DNA of 64,000 bases from Nitrososphaerota archaeon. Its GTDB lineage: Archaea > Thermoproteota > Nitrososphaeria > Nitrososphaerales > Nitrosopumilaceae. Below, one piece after another: positions 26,005 through 36,870 of the stretch. Location of the stretch: positions 96,001 through 160,000 of the forward strand of contig JAGWFT010000002.1 in assembly GCA_028867755.1 (NCBI GenBank). The letters are read 5' to 3'. The position numbers and the translations under genes are program-made. Each line of letters starts with the position of its first letter. The stretch's first letter is position 1. The notes below the pieces were generated by a model. It was not told where the DNA came from, made no database searches, and saw nothing but the letters and a program-made list of their open reading frames with translations.

Positions 26005-28287
26005 ATGAATATAGAGACAACTCCTGATCTTGTTTCCGGAGTCTACAAAAAACTAGAGGAAAATGTTTCAAAATATAAAAACATGGTAAACAGATCCTTA
26101 ACGCTAACAGAAAAGATTCTTGCTGGTCACCTGGAAGAGATCGAGTCTGCCAAGAATCTAGAACCTGGAAAATCCTACATCTTTCTCAAACCAGATCGTG
26201 TGGCACTGCAGGATGTTACTGGCCAGATGGTAATATTACAATTCATGCAATCAGGATTAAAAAGAGTTGCACTTCCAAGTACGGTGCACTGTGATCACCT
26301 CATCCAGGCAAGAGTGGGAAGCGAGGAAGATACTAGATTGGCTCTTGACGAAAATAGTGAGGTATACAAATTTCTTGAATCTGCATCACGAAAATTTGGT
26401 TTGGGATTTTGGAGACCAGGTGCGGGAATAATACATCAAGTAGTTTTAGAAAATTATGCATTTCCAGGTGGGCTGATGATAGGAACTGACTCTCACACTC
26501 CTAACGCAGGAGGACTTGGAATGATAGCAGTGGGAGTTGGAGGACTGGACGCAGCTGAAGTGATGGCTGGATTTCCATGGGAAGTTTTGTATCCAAAAAG
26601 AATTGGCGTTAATCTAAAAGGTGAACTCAATGGCTGGACTGCTCCTAAAGACATTATACTATACGTTGCATCAAAGCTTACTGTATCAGGCGGAACAAAT
26701 GCTATCATAGAATACTTTGGACCTGGTGCCAGGACCATAAGTTGTACAGGAAAAGCAACAATAACTAACATGGGTGCTGAGATTGGGGCTACATGCTCAT
26801 TGTTTCCATATGATGAAAAAATGGCAGCGTATCTTAGAGCAACAGGCCGAGAAAAAATTGCTGATATTGCAAATACTCACAAGGACTTGCTTTGTGCAGA
26901 TCCTGATGTTGAGCAGAACCCTGAGAAATATTTTGATAGAGTAATCGAGATTGACCTCTCAAAACTTGAGCCATATATCGTGGGTCCACATACACCAGAC
27001 CTTGCAAGACCAATCTCGCAACTTGCAGACGATGTCAAGAAAAATAACTATCTTGATACTATATCTGTTGCATTAATTGGAAGTTGTACTAATTCCTCTT
27101 ACGAAGACATGACAAGGGCGGCAAATGTTGCAGAACAAGCAAAGGCAAAAGGGATGAAGGTAAAGATACCTCTCTTGGTTACTCCTGGCTCTGAACAGAT
27201 ACGTGCTACAATAGAAAGAGATGGGCAGATGGCAACCCTGATAGAAGTTGGAGCAACTGTATTGGCAAATGCATGCGGGCCTTGTATTGGACAATGGCAA
27301 AGACCAGAACTAAAGGCAGGCGAACCTAACACTATCATCACATCCTTTAACAGGAATTTTCCGGGAAGAAACGATGGTAGAAGGGAGACGATGAACTTTA
27401 TTGGAAGCCCAGAAATGATTGTGGCCCTTGCTTTGGGAGGGCGGTTGTCATTTAATCCAATGAAAGACCAAGTTACCACACCAGATGGCAAAAAATTCAT
27501 GCTAGAGTCTCCAAAAAAAGCCTTGGAAATTCCGCCGCAAGGATTCCAAAGTGTAAAGGATGTCTATGTTCCACCTTCGGAAATTCCAGATCTTGTTGCA
27601 GTGGTAATTCCTGGAAATAGTGACAGACTGCAAAAGCTTGAACCATTTGCAAAATGGGACAGTAAAGACTTTATCGAATTACCAATTTTATTGAAAGCAA
27701 AAGGAAAATGTACAACAGATCACATATCTCCAGCCGGTCCATGGCTGAGATTTCGGGGTCATCTTGATAAAATCAGTGATAATATTTTCTTGGGTGCAGT
27801 CAATGCTTACACCAATGAAGTAGGAAAAGGAAAGAATGTTCTCACTGGCACTATTGATGCTTTTCCAGCCATTGCAAGACAGTACAAGAGCAAGGGACTA
27901 CGATGGATTGTAATTGGAGATAATAACTATGGTGAAGGCAGCAGCAGGGAACATGCAGCCATGTCTCCGAGATATCTAGGATGTGCTTCTGTAATAGCAA
28001 AAAGTTTTGCAAGAATTCATGAAACCAATTTGAAAAAACAAGGTGTACTTGCATTAACATTTGCCAATTCTTCTGATTATGACAAGATACAAGAAACTGA
28101 CAGAATAAGCATAGTTGAGATCTCAGATATGAAGCCAGAAAAACAGTTACGCGCTTACATAATTCATGAAGACGGCATAAAAGAGGAGATACTGTTGAAT
28201 CACTCTTACAACAATTTCCAGATAAAATGGTTCCAGGCAGGTTCTGCTCTTAACATATTACGCGAAAGCGAGAATTTATTACATTAG
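26005..28287 (+). CDS. acnA: Aconitate hydratase (mitochondrial-like type)
   Basis: PDRVALQD, HCDH, GTDSHT, IGSCTNSSY, ACGPCIG, TTDHISPAG, YGEGSSREHA. Confidence 0.96.
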   Translation: MNIETTPDLVSGVYKKLEENVSKYKNMVNRSLTLTEKILAGHLEEIESAKNLEPGKSYIFLKPDRVALQDVTGQMVILQFMQSGLKRVALPSTVHCDHLIQARVGSEEDTRLALDENSEVYKFLESASRKFGLGFWRPGAGIIHQVVLENYAFPGGLMIGTDSHTPNAGGLGMIAVGVGGLDAAEVMAGFPWEVLYPKRIGVNLKGELNGWTAPKDIILYVASKLTVSGGTNAIIEYFGPGARTISCTGKATITNMGAEIGATCSLFPYDEKMAAYLRATGREKIADIANTHKDLLCADPDVEQNPEKYFDRVIEIDLSKLEPYIVGPHTPDLARPISQLADDVKKNNYLDTISVALIGSCTNSSYEDMTRAANVAEQAKAKGMKVKIPLLVTPGSEQIRATIERDGQMATLIEVGATVLANACGPCIGQWQRPELKAGEPNTIITSFNRNFPGRNDGRRETMNFIGSPEMIVALALGGRLSFNPMKDQVTTPDGKKFMLESPKKALEIPPQGFQSVKDVYVPPSEIPDLVAVVIPGNSDRLQKLEPFAKWDSKDFIELPILLKAKGKCTTDHISPAGPWLRFRGHLDKISDNIFLGAVNAYTNEVGKGKNVLTGTIDAFPAIARQYKSKGLRWIVIGDNNYGEGSSREHAAMSPRYLGCASVIAKSFARIHETNLKKQGVLALTFANSSDYDKIQETDRISIVEISDMKPEKQLRAYIIHEDGIKEEILLNHSYNNFQIKWFQAGSALNILRESENLLH

Positions 28288-28354
28288 AACAAATGGCTTG
28301 TCATAGGCAAAACTCAGCAACTTAAAATGTTTTGATAGTGATATTATACATGTA

Positions 28355-28588
28355 ATGAGCAACAAGTTTGACCCAAACGAGTTGTACAACAGAGTGGTTC
28401 ACTATTACATTGACAAAAAAAAGTATTCTAAAGAAAAGGCAAATCAGATAGCACAAAGAGTCGTTCAAAGGGAAAAAACAAGGCACACGTGTAAAAATGA
28501 AAACTGCGGTCATCTAATGGAAGATCATATCAGAACTAAAGAGACATGTATGGTCTTAGATTGTGATTGCAGACAGTTTGTCAGCTAG
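28355..28588 (+). CDS. Small Cys/His-rich protein
   Basis: C..C.H..H..C..C.C pattern at the C-terminus. Confidence 0.65.
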   Translation: MSNKFDPNELYNRVVHYYIDKKKYSKEKANQIAQRVVQREKTRHTCKNENCGHLMEDHIRTKETCMVLDCDCRQFVS

Positions 28589-29579
28589 AAATTTTCAAGA
28601 TTATCTTTCCAAACTGGGAACTTTTTTCCATCTTCTGGTGAGCAGACTTGGCATCTTTGAGAGAAAATATGCTGTCAATTATTGGCTTTATCTTCCTTGA
28701 TTTCATGAATTTGTGTAATGAGATTAACTGAGACTTTGTGCCAAGATATGCACCAATTATGCTTGCTTCCTTGCTGTAAAAAGCTCTGATGTTTACGTTA
28801 GCTTCTCCTCCAGTGGTGGTGCCACAAGCAACCATCCTTCCACCAACCTTTAGCATCTCGATACTTATTGGCCATGTCTTTGCTCCAACATGATCAATTA
28901 CAGCATCCACGCCTTGGTTGTTGGTATGCTTGAGGGTCTCAGTTATGACATCTTTTCTACTTCTATCTATGACAAGATGTGCACCAAGTTTTTTTGCAAG
29001 CCTTGATTTGCTTTTATTTGATGCAACAGTTATGACTCTAAGACCCTTTGCTCTTGCAAGCAATATTGCTGCAGAGCCAACACCACTGTTTGCTCCCCAA
29101 ACAAGTATTGTGTCGCCTTTCCTACATCTTGATCTTTCAAGCATATTCCATGCAGTAAGATATGATACATTCAATGCTGATGCTTCTGCATCAGTAAACC
29201 AATCTGGTTTTTTTACAATATTTTTTTGTGGAACTAGAACCATCTCGGCATAACCGCCATGATACTTGCCAAAACCGCCTATGATAGAAAATGATATTCT
29301 TGGTATGTTGCTTTGTATTGCTGGATGCACTACCACCTTTTCACCCTTCTTGAATCTTCCAAACCCTTCTACAAGCGTACCACAAATATCGCAGCCTAGA
29401 ACGTGAGGAAATGATACTTGTTTTCCAGGAAGGCCATTTCTAACCCAGATGTCAAGGTGGTTTACTGCACAATAATCTACTCTAACTATTGCATGGCCCT
29501 TGGTTGGTTGCGGATTGTTAATCTCTTCGTACGACAACACGTCAGGCCCGCCATGTTTTCTAATTACTACTGCCTTCAA
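28581..29579 (-). CDS. MDR-family quinone oxidoreductase / alcohol dehydrogenase-like
   Basis: HGGPDVL, AVNHLD, VWGANSGVG, DHVG, FGKIIL. Confidence 0.9.
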   Translation of the reverse strand: MKAVVIRKHGGPDVLSYEEINNPQPTKGHAIVRVDYCAVNHLDIWVRNGLPGKQVSFPHVLGCDICGTLVEGFGRFKKGEKVVVHPAIQSNIPRISFSIIGGFGKYHGGYAEMVLVPQKNIVKKPDWFTDAEASALNVSYLTAWNMLERSRCRKGDTILVWGANSGVGSAAILLARAKGLRVITVASNKSKSRLAKKLGAHLVIDRSRKDVITETLKHTNNQGVDAVIDHVGAKTWPISIEMLKVGGRMVACGTTTGGEANVNIRAFYSKEASIIGAYLGTKSQLISLHKFMKSRKIKPIIDSIFSLKDAKSAHQKMEKSSQFGKIILKISS

Positions 29580-29654
29580 TTATACCACATAACAAAAAAT
29601 CACTATTTAAAGAACATAGAATTTTTGAAACTGGCTCTTCACAAAAAGAGTCTG

Positions 29655-31973
29655 TTATGAAGTAAGGTTGTGCATGGCTTGCAAATCCTTTGCAAACTGT
29701 TGCAGTTCGCCAGGAATATTCATTTCAATTGAGTCCTTCAAAGACAAGTTAAGTTCCTTTTTCTTGTTCCATACATTGGAGTTAAACTCTGTAATTGTTT
29801 TTGTGAATCTTGTCCAGTCTTCACGATTTTCTGACTGTGGGAATTTTTCCTTATGGACTGTTTTGTCAGAATATAGAGTCTGCCAAAGGTAGTCTGTGAT
29901 AAATGGTGTTATGGGTGCAAGAAGAAGCAACAATGTGGAAAGAACCTTGTGCAACGTGAAGATTGCTGCATCTCTTTCTTCTTCGCTAAAACTACTGCTA
30001 TATGCGCGACCTTTTACCATCTCGATATAATGTGCAGCAAATAAATTCCATGTAAATTCGCGAATGCTAGTTGATGGGACAAAAAAGTTGTAATCATCAA
30101 ATCCTTTCTTACACTCTGCTACCATCTTATCCAATTCTGATAATATCCAGTTATCTGTTGGAGTGGTCTTGGCAGATTTGATAACTGGAAAGCCTGACAA
30201 GAATCTTGATATGTTCCACAGTTTGCTGAGAAATTTCTTCGTGGTTTCAATTTTTTGCTCAGAGCATCTAAAGTCATAACCGAGATTTATCTCGCTTGCA
30301 CTCCAGAATCGGAATGTGTCTGCACCAAATTTTTGAATCACTGGAAGTGGATCGATAACATTCCCTTTGCTTTTGCTCATCTTTGTACCATGTTCGTCAA
30401 CACCATAACCCATTATCCATGCCTCGTTCCATGGTGTTAATCCAGTAAGCTGCTCACATCTCAAGATTGTATAATAGAGCCAAGTCCTCACAATGTCTTT
30501 TGACTGTGGCCTGATTGTTGTGGGATAGGTTTTCTTGAAGAACTCGTCATCACGACTATACTTTGAGACGTATAGGGGTGAGACGCTTGAATCCATCCAT
30601 GTATCAAACGTTCTTTCCTCTCCTACAAACTCTGTTGCCCCACATTTTGTGCATTTTGAGATGGGGCTTGGATCTGTCCATGGCTTGTAATACTTGCCAG
30701 GTTCAGGCACGTGCGGCTCTGAGCATTTTTTACAGTACCATATTGGAATTTCTGTTCCATAAAATCTTCTTCTTGAGATAGGCCAGTCTATGGTTATGGA
30801 TTCTAGCCAATTCATGAGAATCTGTTTATGCATCGCAGGATGAAATACAATCTTAGATCCTAACTCTTTGATTTTCTCCACAGACTCTTTTTGCTTTAGA
30901 TAATATTCCTCCATTGGGATTATCTCGATTGGGGCCTTGCTTCTCTCAGAAATGGGAGTTCTGTGATTGATGTTTTCTATTTTTTCTACCAAGTTTTGAT
31001 TCTGAAGGTCTTCGATTATCTTTTCTCTTGCTTGTTTTACTTTGAGTCCTGCATATGGCCCTGCAACTTCTGTCATCCTGCCGTTCTTGCCAATAGCTAC
31101 GATCTCTTGCAGTTTAAGTTCCCTGAATAGTGCAACATCATTCTGATCACCATAGCTGCAAACCATTACAGCTCCAGAACCAAATTCTTTTTCTGCTGAA
31201 GGATGGGTTCTTACTTGAACTTCTCTATTTATGACAGGAATTATTGCATTCTTACCTATGACATCAGAATGTCTTTCATCTTCTGGGTTTACAATTATTG
31301 CTTGACATGCACACAAAAGCTCAGGCCTGGTACTAGCTATGGTAAGATTTTTGTCAGAATCTTTTATCTTAAATTTCATGTAAACTAGCTTTGTTGGAAT
31401 TTCTTCGTAGATTATTTCTGCGTCTGCAATAGTGGTTCCGGTAATCCAGTCATAGTTATTTGGTCTATTTGCGATGTACACTAGTCCCTTTTTCCACAAT
31501 TCTATGAATGTGGCCTGTGTAAGGGAGCGATATTGTTCTGAATCAGTTCTGTAATATTCTGAGAAATTACCGCTAAGCCCTAGGTTTTTCATTATCTGAA
31601 TCATCTCTGCCTCAAGGTCATCTAGTGCAGTAGCACACAATTTCAAAAACTCGGCCCTGTCTGTCTCATGCATCCTTATACCGTGTTTTTTCTCTGTGTA
31701 CATCTCCACAGGAAGACCATTTCTGTCAATTCCTATTGGAAAAAGAACATTCTTTCCTGTCATCCTTGCAGTCCTTGCAATCATGTCTATCTGTGCATAG
31801 TGAGCAGCTGCTCCTATGTGCCAAGGTCTTCCAGATGGGTATGGGGGAGGCGTATCAATTACAAAAACTTCGCCTTGTGGTTTGAACTCGTAGGTGTGAG
31901 AATCTTCCCATTGTTTTAAAATCTGTTTTTCAATCTCGGGATTCCATGCTGTTTCCTTTATCTTTGGTTCCAT
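29655..31973 (-). CDS. valS: Valyl-tRNA synthetase
   Basis: IDTPPPYPSG..HIG, WPISRRR.YG, FDTWMDSS, KMSKS; start moved to MEPKI. Confidence 0.95.
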   Translation of the reverse strand: MEPKIKETAWNPEIEKQILKQWEDSHTYEFKPQGEVFVIDTPPPYPSGRPWHIGAAAHYAQIDMIARTARMTGKNVLFPIGIDRNGLPVEMYTEKKHGIRMHETDRAEFLKLCATALDDLEAEMIQIMKNLGLSGNFSEYYRTDSEQYRSLTQATFIELWKKGLVYIANRPNNYDWITGTTIADAEIIYEEIPTKLVYMKFKIKDSDKNLTIASTRPELLCACQAIIVNPEDERHSDVIGKNAIIPVINREVQVRTHPSAEKEFGSGAVMVCSYGDQNDVALFRELKLQEIVAIGKNGRMTEVAGPYAGLKVKQAREKIIEDLQNQNLVEKIENINHRTPISERSKAPIEIIPMEEYYLKQKESVEKIKELGSKIVFHPAMHKQILMNWLESITIDWPISRRRFYGTEIPIWYCKKCSEPHVPEPGKYYKPWTDPSPISKCTKCGATEFVGEERTFDTWMDSSVSPLYVSKYSRDDEFFKKTYPTTIRPQSKDIVRTWLYYTILRCEQLTGLTPWNEAWIMGYGVDEHGTKMSKSKGNVIDPLPVIQKFGADTFRFWSASEINLGYDFRCSEQKIETTKKFLSKLWNISRFLSGFPVIKSAKTTPTDNWILSELDKMVAECKKGFDDYNFFVPSTSIREFTWNLFAAHYIEMVKGRAYSSSFSEEERDAAIFTLHKVLSTLLLLLAPITPFITDYLWQTLYSDKTVHKEKFPQSENREDWTRFTKTITEFNSNVWNKKKELNLSLKDSIEMNIPGELQQFAKDLQAMHNLTS

Positions 31974-31977
31974 GTCA

Positions 31978-32799
31978 CTATGATCTTGAGATCTGTGAAA
32001 TAATATGGGCTCCTTTGTTATAGCCCTCGTAGATGTATACTCCAACTGCCTCTACGTTCTTTGGCATCTTGGGAACCAAGAGTTTTATTATTTCAGTTGA
32101 CAGGTTTTCTACCGTAGCTTCTCCCTCTAGAAGATACGTAGTATTTTTTGGAAGTTGTAGATCGAATTTTCCTTTAGGGCCATCAAATGCAATATTATAG
32201 TGAAGATCATCTTCTTTTACAAGATACCTTTTGTTGATGAAGAATTTGTGGTCTATGACTGAGATCACTTCCTTGATTATTTTTTTTGCATCGCCAAAAT
32301 CTAAAAGCAAATTATTTTTCATTTCACCTACAAGTTCTACCATGACTGATGATGTATGACCATGCAAAATGGAGCATTTTTCTACTAGAGGTAAGATATG
32401 TGCATAATCAAATGCAAATGATGGATCTTCCATAAATATTGAGCCTGTCTGGACATCCCTTGTCTTGTAAAGTACAATGTCATCAAGCTCTTTTAGTTGG
32501 GCAGCAAGTTTTGGATGACCTATGGCAATTATTCTTGAATCGGGATTTTCTTGTTTTAATTCCTTGTATTTTGATATGTCCTTCTCGTCATCTATTATCT
32601 CTATGAGTCCTTTTTCAGTCTTAAAATCAATGTTAACCTTTTTTCCATTGTTTAGTGTGAAGTTGTGATCATATTCGTACTCCATGCCAAGAAATGTTAG
32701 CATCTCAGCTATGGAAAGCTCCGTCCTGCTTCTCATGAGATTTCCCTTTTTGTCGATATAGCGAAAATCCGAGTCAAGAATTGCCGAACCGCTTGGCAT
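31978..32799 (-). CDS. queD: 6-carboxytetrahydropterin synthase (QueD/PTPS) with N-terminal nuclease-like domain
   Basis: FDYAH..CSILHGH, DFG..K, DHKF, TVENL in the C-terminal half; N-terminal RSRTE..IA..L..YEY..IDF. Confidence 0.8.
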   Translation of the reverse strand: MPSGSAILDSDFRYIDKKGNLMRSRTELSIAEMLTFLGMEYEYDHNFTLNNGKKVNIDFKTEKGLIEIIDDEKDISKYKELKQENPDSRIIAIGHPKLAAQLKELDDIVLYKTRDVQTGSIFMEDPSFAFDYAHILPLVEKCSILHGHTSSVMVELVGEMKNNLLLDFGDAKKIIKEVISVIDHKFFINKRYLVKEDDLHYNIAFDGPKGKFDLQLPKNTTYLLEGEATVENLSTEIIKLLVPKMPKNVEAVGVYIYEGYNKGAHIISQISRS

Positions 32800-32854
32800 T
32801 TGAAAAATTTTGGATTGTCCGTATATAAATTCTGTACAGATTGTTAGTATGGTG

Positions 32855-33142
32855 TTATCTTGCCAAAGAGTTGAGTGTCTTTGCAAGATTGATGTCATTT
32901 TGTGTTATTCCTCCTGCATCATGAGTAACCAATTCCACCTTGATCTTATTGTAAACGTTGAACCATTCTGGATGGTGGTTCATCTTTTCTATGTGTATAG
33001 CAGCCTTGGTCATAAAACCAAAGGCCTCTATAAAATCGGTAAAAACGAAATCCTTGTGAAGCTTACCATTTAAGACACTCCACCCTTGCAAGCTTGTCAA
33101 CTCTTGTTTAATTTGTTCCTCGGTTAGTTTGGCTAATGCCAT
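32855..33142 (-). CDS. phhB: Pterin-4-alpha-carbinolamine dehydratase
   Basis: MNHHPEWFNVYNKIKVELVTHDAGGIT.ND. Confidence 0.95.
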   Translation of the reverse strand: MALAKLTEEQIKQELTSLQGWSVLNGKLHKDFVFTDFIEAFGFMTKAAIHIEKMNHHPEWFNVYNKIKVELVTHDAGGITQNDINLAKTLNSLAR

Positions 33143-33193
33143 GATTTTTTCTAGCGAACCCTATATTTAACTCTCATAGAAAAAATATCACAC

Positions 33194-33964
33194 ATGAGCA
33201 AAATGACAAACCTTGTTACACAAACACATGAGAAAATAATTCATGCAGTAAAAAACACGGTAACATCAAAAAAAATTGGAATTGCATTTTCTGGTGGAGT
33301 TGATAGCTCACTTTTGGCAAAAATTTGCTCTGACATTGGATTTGATGCAGTGCTGCTTACAATAGGATTTGAAGGCTCACATGATATTGAATTTTCAAAA
33401 AAAATTGCAACTTTTTTGGGGTTCAGGCATATTACTTTGACTATACAAAAAGAATCATTCTCAAGTGTAGCAAAAGAGATAAGACTCAAAATCAAGACAG
33501 ACAATCTTTCTTGGAATGAAAACTGTATTGCATTTCATTATGTATCAAAACTTGCACAAGAGCATGGGATTAAAAAAGTTCTTACCTCAAATGGCATAGA
33601 TGAGCTCTTTTGTGGTTACAATGCTTACAGGGAAGTTGTAGAAAATGGAGAAAAAGCAGTCATGGCTCTGATGGACTCAAAACTTGAGAACGAACTTAAC
33701 ATGATGAAGGCAGTAGATACTGTATCTGCGGATTTTGGTGTAAAAATACTCCAACCATTACTCTCTGAGGAATTTATTGCCTTTGCCAAAACCATTCCAA
33801 TTGAGGAGAAGATAAAAAACAAAGATGACTTGATTCGAAAACACATAATCCGGAGACTGGCTTTATCCATTGGTGTTCCTAGCGACTCTGCATTGAAAAG
33901 AAAAAAGGCGTTACAATACGGTTCTCTTATTCACAAAAATTTGATAAATCTCAAGAAAACTTAA
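33194..33964 (+). CDS. Asparagine-synthase C-terminal-domain-only PP-loop ATPase
   Basis: AFSGGVDSS, NGIDELFCGY, KKALQYGS; no glutaminase domain. Confidence 0.85.
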   Translation: MSKMTNLVTQTHEKIIHAVKNTVTSKKIGIAFSGGVDSSLLAKICSDIGFDAVLLTIGFEGSHDIEFSKKIATFLGFRHITLTIQKESFSSVAKEIRLKIKTDNLSWNENCIAFHYVSKLAQEHGIKKVLTSNGIDELFCGYNAYREVVENGEKAVMALMDSKLENELNMMKAVDTVSADFGVKILQPLLSEEFIAFAKTIPIEEKIKNKDDLIRKHIIRRLALSIGVPSDSALKRKKALQYGSLIHKNLINLKKT

Positions 33965-35312
33965 AACATGACTTTTTGACTAGGTTGTAGACATTTCTGA
34001 TTATTTGACCAGATGCACCCAAGTGGTTTTCTGGAACAAAAATTCTGTCTATCTCTTCTTCTGTGAGATGCAATGAGATTGCACTATCGTTTTTTACTGC
34101 ATCTTTGAAATCAATTCTATTCTCTGATGCTGCAAATGCAACACGCTGTATGTCTCTGTATGCTTCAAATCTGGGAACTCCTTTCTTTATGAGAGCCTCA
34201 AGTACAAATTCTGAAAAGATCTGACCTTTGGTGAATTCCAAATTATTTCTGATTTGTTCCTCGTTGACATATAACCTTCTTAGAATTATTGTCATCGCTT
34301 CTAGCATCTCGTCTATGAGAATGGAGCCTGTGGGAAGAATGAATCGTTCATTGGCAGAATTTGAAAGATCTCGTTCATGCCAGAGTGGAATGTTTTCAAA
34401 TGCTACAGAAATCTGGCTTCGCAATAGCTTTGAAAGTGATGTAACACGTTCGCTTTTTACTGGGTTTCTCTTAACTGGAACCGCACTACTGCCCATCTGC
34501 CCTTTCTTGAATGGTTCTGCCACTTCTCCTATCTCTGTTCTTTGAAGATTTCGTATCTCTACTGCCAACTTTTCTAGCGTAGCGCCAATTAGTGCTATAG
34601 AAAAAATAAACTCTGCATATCTCTCGCGAGGCACAACTTGAGTTGTGACGTCTGCAGGAAACAAGGCAAGTTTTTTTGCAACTCTTTTTTGAACCTCAAG
34701 TGCCTTTGCTCCCATGAGAGAGCCTGTTCCTACCACTCCAAGAGTCTTGCAAATTAGAATTCTTTTCTTTACTTCCTCAATTCTTTCAATGTGTTTTGCC
34801 ATTTCAAGTGACGAGTTTGCAAATTTTAAACCAAATGAAATTATGCTCGCATGTTGACCATGAGTTCTGCCAACTGCTGGTGTATCCTTGTACTTTACTG
34901 CTAATTCTGCTAAAATGATGGCAAGTTTTGCTATCTTGGGTTCTATTATGCTAATTGCATCTCTTATTTGCAAAGAATTACTAGTGTCAACAAGATCATT
35001 GCTTGTCAAACCGTAATGAATCCAAGGCCTTGCAGAAGATTTGCATATCTCACTGAGCGCTTCCACCAAGGCTGCTGTGTCATGATCGCTTTTTGCCTCT
35101 AACTGTTTTACTCTCTTTACAGTTATCTTTCCAGATCTTGCCATTTGTGCTATGTTCTGTGCTGCACTTTTTGGTATCATCCTTATCTCTGATTGTGCCT
35201 GAGCAACAGCTCCTTCGATCTCTAGTTGATATGAAATCTTTTTTTGGTCGTCAAAAATTTCCTTCATGGCATCTGTTCCGTAACGACCTGCATCAATTGG
35301 CAGTATTGTCAT
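33951..35312 (-). CDS. purB: Adenylosuccinate lyase
   Basis: HYGLTSND, GRTHGQHA, GSSAVPVKRNP, LWHERDLSNS. Confidence 0.96.
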   Translation of the reverse strand: MTILPIDAGRYGTDAMKEIFDDQKKISYQLEIEGAVAQAQSEIRMIPKSAAQNIAQMARSGKITVKRVKQLEAKSDHDTAALVEALSEICKSSARPWIHYGLTSNDLVDTSNSLQIRDAISIIEPKIAKLAIILAELAVKYKDTPAVGRTHGQHASIISFGLKFANSSLEMAKHIERIEEVKKRILICKTLGVVGTGSLMGAKALEVQKRVAKKLALFPADVTTQVVPRERYAEFIFSIALIGATLEKLAVEIRNLQRTEIGEVAEPFKKGQMGSSAVPVKRNPVKSERVTSLSKLLRSQISVAFENIPLWHERDLSNSANERFILPTGSILIDEMLEAMTIILRRLYVNEEQIRNNLEFTKGQIFSEFVLEALIKKGVPRFEAYRDIQRVAFAASENRIDFKDAVKNDSAISLHLTEEEIDRIFVPENHLGASGQIIRNVYNLVKKSCFKFS

Positions 35313-35418
35313 ACATCTAAAAGAAACCATACTAGCAAAATAAATCTACTTGAAGAGATGAGCCTGTGCCTTACTCATGATTTAAATTGTGTCCAAATAT
35401 CCTTTTTCGCAGAAAGAA

Positions 35419-36870
35419 ATGACTTCGTTAACTCCAAAAAAAATAGGTAACATGGAATATAGAATTGAAGCAGACGCTTCTCGGGGCATGAAGGTTCCAG
35501 TCACAATATATGCAGACGAAGGATTATTGCAAAAAATGCTAACTGATAGGACTATTACTCAAGCTGTAAATGTTTCTACTTTGCCAGGAGTTGTAAAACA
35601 CGTGGTGGTACTCCCAGACGGCCATGAGGGATACGGCTTTCCTGTTGGAGGAGTAGCAGCCATGGATGCTGAAGAAGGAATGATCAGCCCTGGTGGAGTT
35701 GGCTATGACATAAACTGTGGTGTCAGGCTGATAAGGACAAACCTCACAGAAAAAGATGTAAGGCCAAAACTCAAGGACCTCGTGCTTGAGCTCTTCAAGT
35801 CTATTCCTTCTGGTGTTGGCTCTAAAGGAGCTGTAAAACTAAGTTCCTCAGATCTTGATGAGGTTCTTGTGCGGGGAGTACAATGGGCAGTAGATCATGG
35901 ATATGGTTCAAAAGATGATGCTGATGTATGCGAAGAAAATGGCCAAATAAAAAACGCTGACCCAAATAGAGTATCACAAACTGCACGTAAGCGAGGCTCT
36001 CCACAACTTGGTAGTCTTGGTTCAGGTAACCATTTTCTTGAGGTTCAGCGTGTTGAACAAATTCATGATAAAGAAGCTGCAAATAGGATGGGAATTTACA
36101 ATGAAGGACAAATAACTGTGCTAATCCACTGTGGTTCACGAGGATTTGGGCATCAGGTCTGTAGCGATTATCTTAGAACATCTGAACAAGCACTTCAAAA
36201 ATATAAAATAAATCTAGTAGACAGAGAACTTGCCTGCGTGCCAAATTCTTCTGAAGAGGGAGAGTCTTATAGAAAAGCAATGTTTGCAGCGTTGAACTTT
36301 GCGTGGAGCAACAGACAGATGATCACACACTGGACAAGAAAGGCATTTGAGAGAGTCTTCGGGCAAACCGAAGCAGATTTGGATATGCGACTTATCTATG
36401 ATGTAGCTCATAACATAGCAAAGGTTGAAAAACACAAAATTGATGGTGAATTACGCTCAGTGGTAGTTCACAGGAAAGGTGCAACAAGAGCATTTCCAAA
36501 AGGCAGAGATGAGATACCGCAGAAATATCGTGACTTGGGGCAACCTGTCTTTATTCCAGGTTCTATGGGTACGGGTAGCTGGATTCTTTTAGGAAAACCT
36601 GGCTCAATGGACTTGAGCTTTGGTTCTACTGCACATGGAGCAGGAAGAATGATGTCAAGATCTGCAGCACGACGTAGTTTCACTGAAAGCCAAGTTCAAA
36701 AATCTCTTGGTGACAAAGGAATTTTCATAAAAGCTTTGACAAGAGAAGGTGTAGTTGAAGAGACACCAGAGGCATACAAGGATGTGGATGCCGTGGCAAA
36801 TGTATCTCATGAAATGGGGATAGCAACAAAAGTAGCTAAACTTGTTCCTATAGGTGTAATCAAGGGATGA
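35419..36870 (+). CDS. rtcB: RNA-splicing ligase RtcB
   Basis: PDGHEGYGFPVG, GYDINCG, GSGNHFLE, HCGSRG, HRKGATR, HGAGR. Confidence 0.97.
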   Translation: MTSLTPKKIGNMEYRIEADASRGMKVPVTIYADEGLLQKMLTDRTITQAVNVSTLPGVVKHVVVLPDGHEGYGFPVGGVAAMDAEEGMISPGGVGYDINCGVRLIRTNLTEKDVRPKLKDLVLELFKSIPSGVGSKGAVKLSSSDLDEVLVRGVQWAVDHGYGSKDDADVCEENGQIKNADPNRVSQTARKRGSPQLGSLGSGNHFLEVQRVEQIHDKEAANRMGIYNEGQITVLIHCGSRGFGHQVCSDYLRTSEQALQKYKINLVDRELACVPNSSEEGESYRKAMFAALNFAWSNRQMITHWTRKAFERVFGQTEADLDMRLIYDVAHNIAKVEKHKIDGELRSVVVHRKGATRAFPKGRDEIPQKYRDLGQPVFIPGSMGTGSWILLGKPGSMDLSFGSTAHGAGRMMSRSAARRSFTESQVQKSLGDKGIFIKALTREGVVEETPEAYKDVDAVANVSHEMGIATKVAKLVPIGVIKG

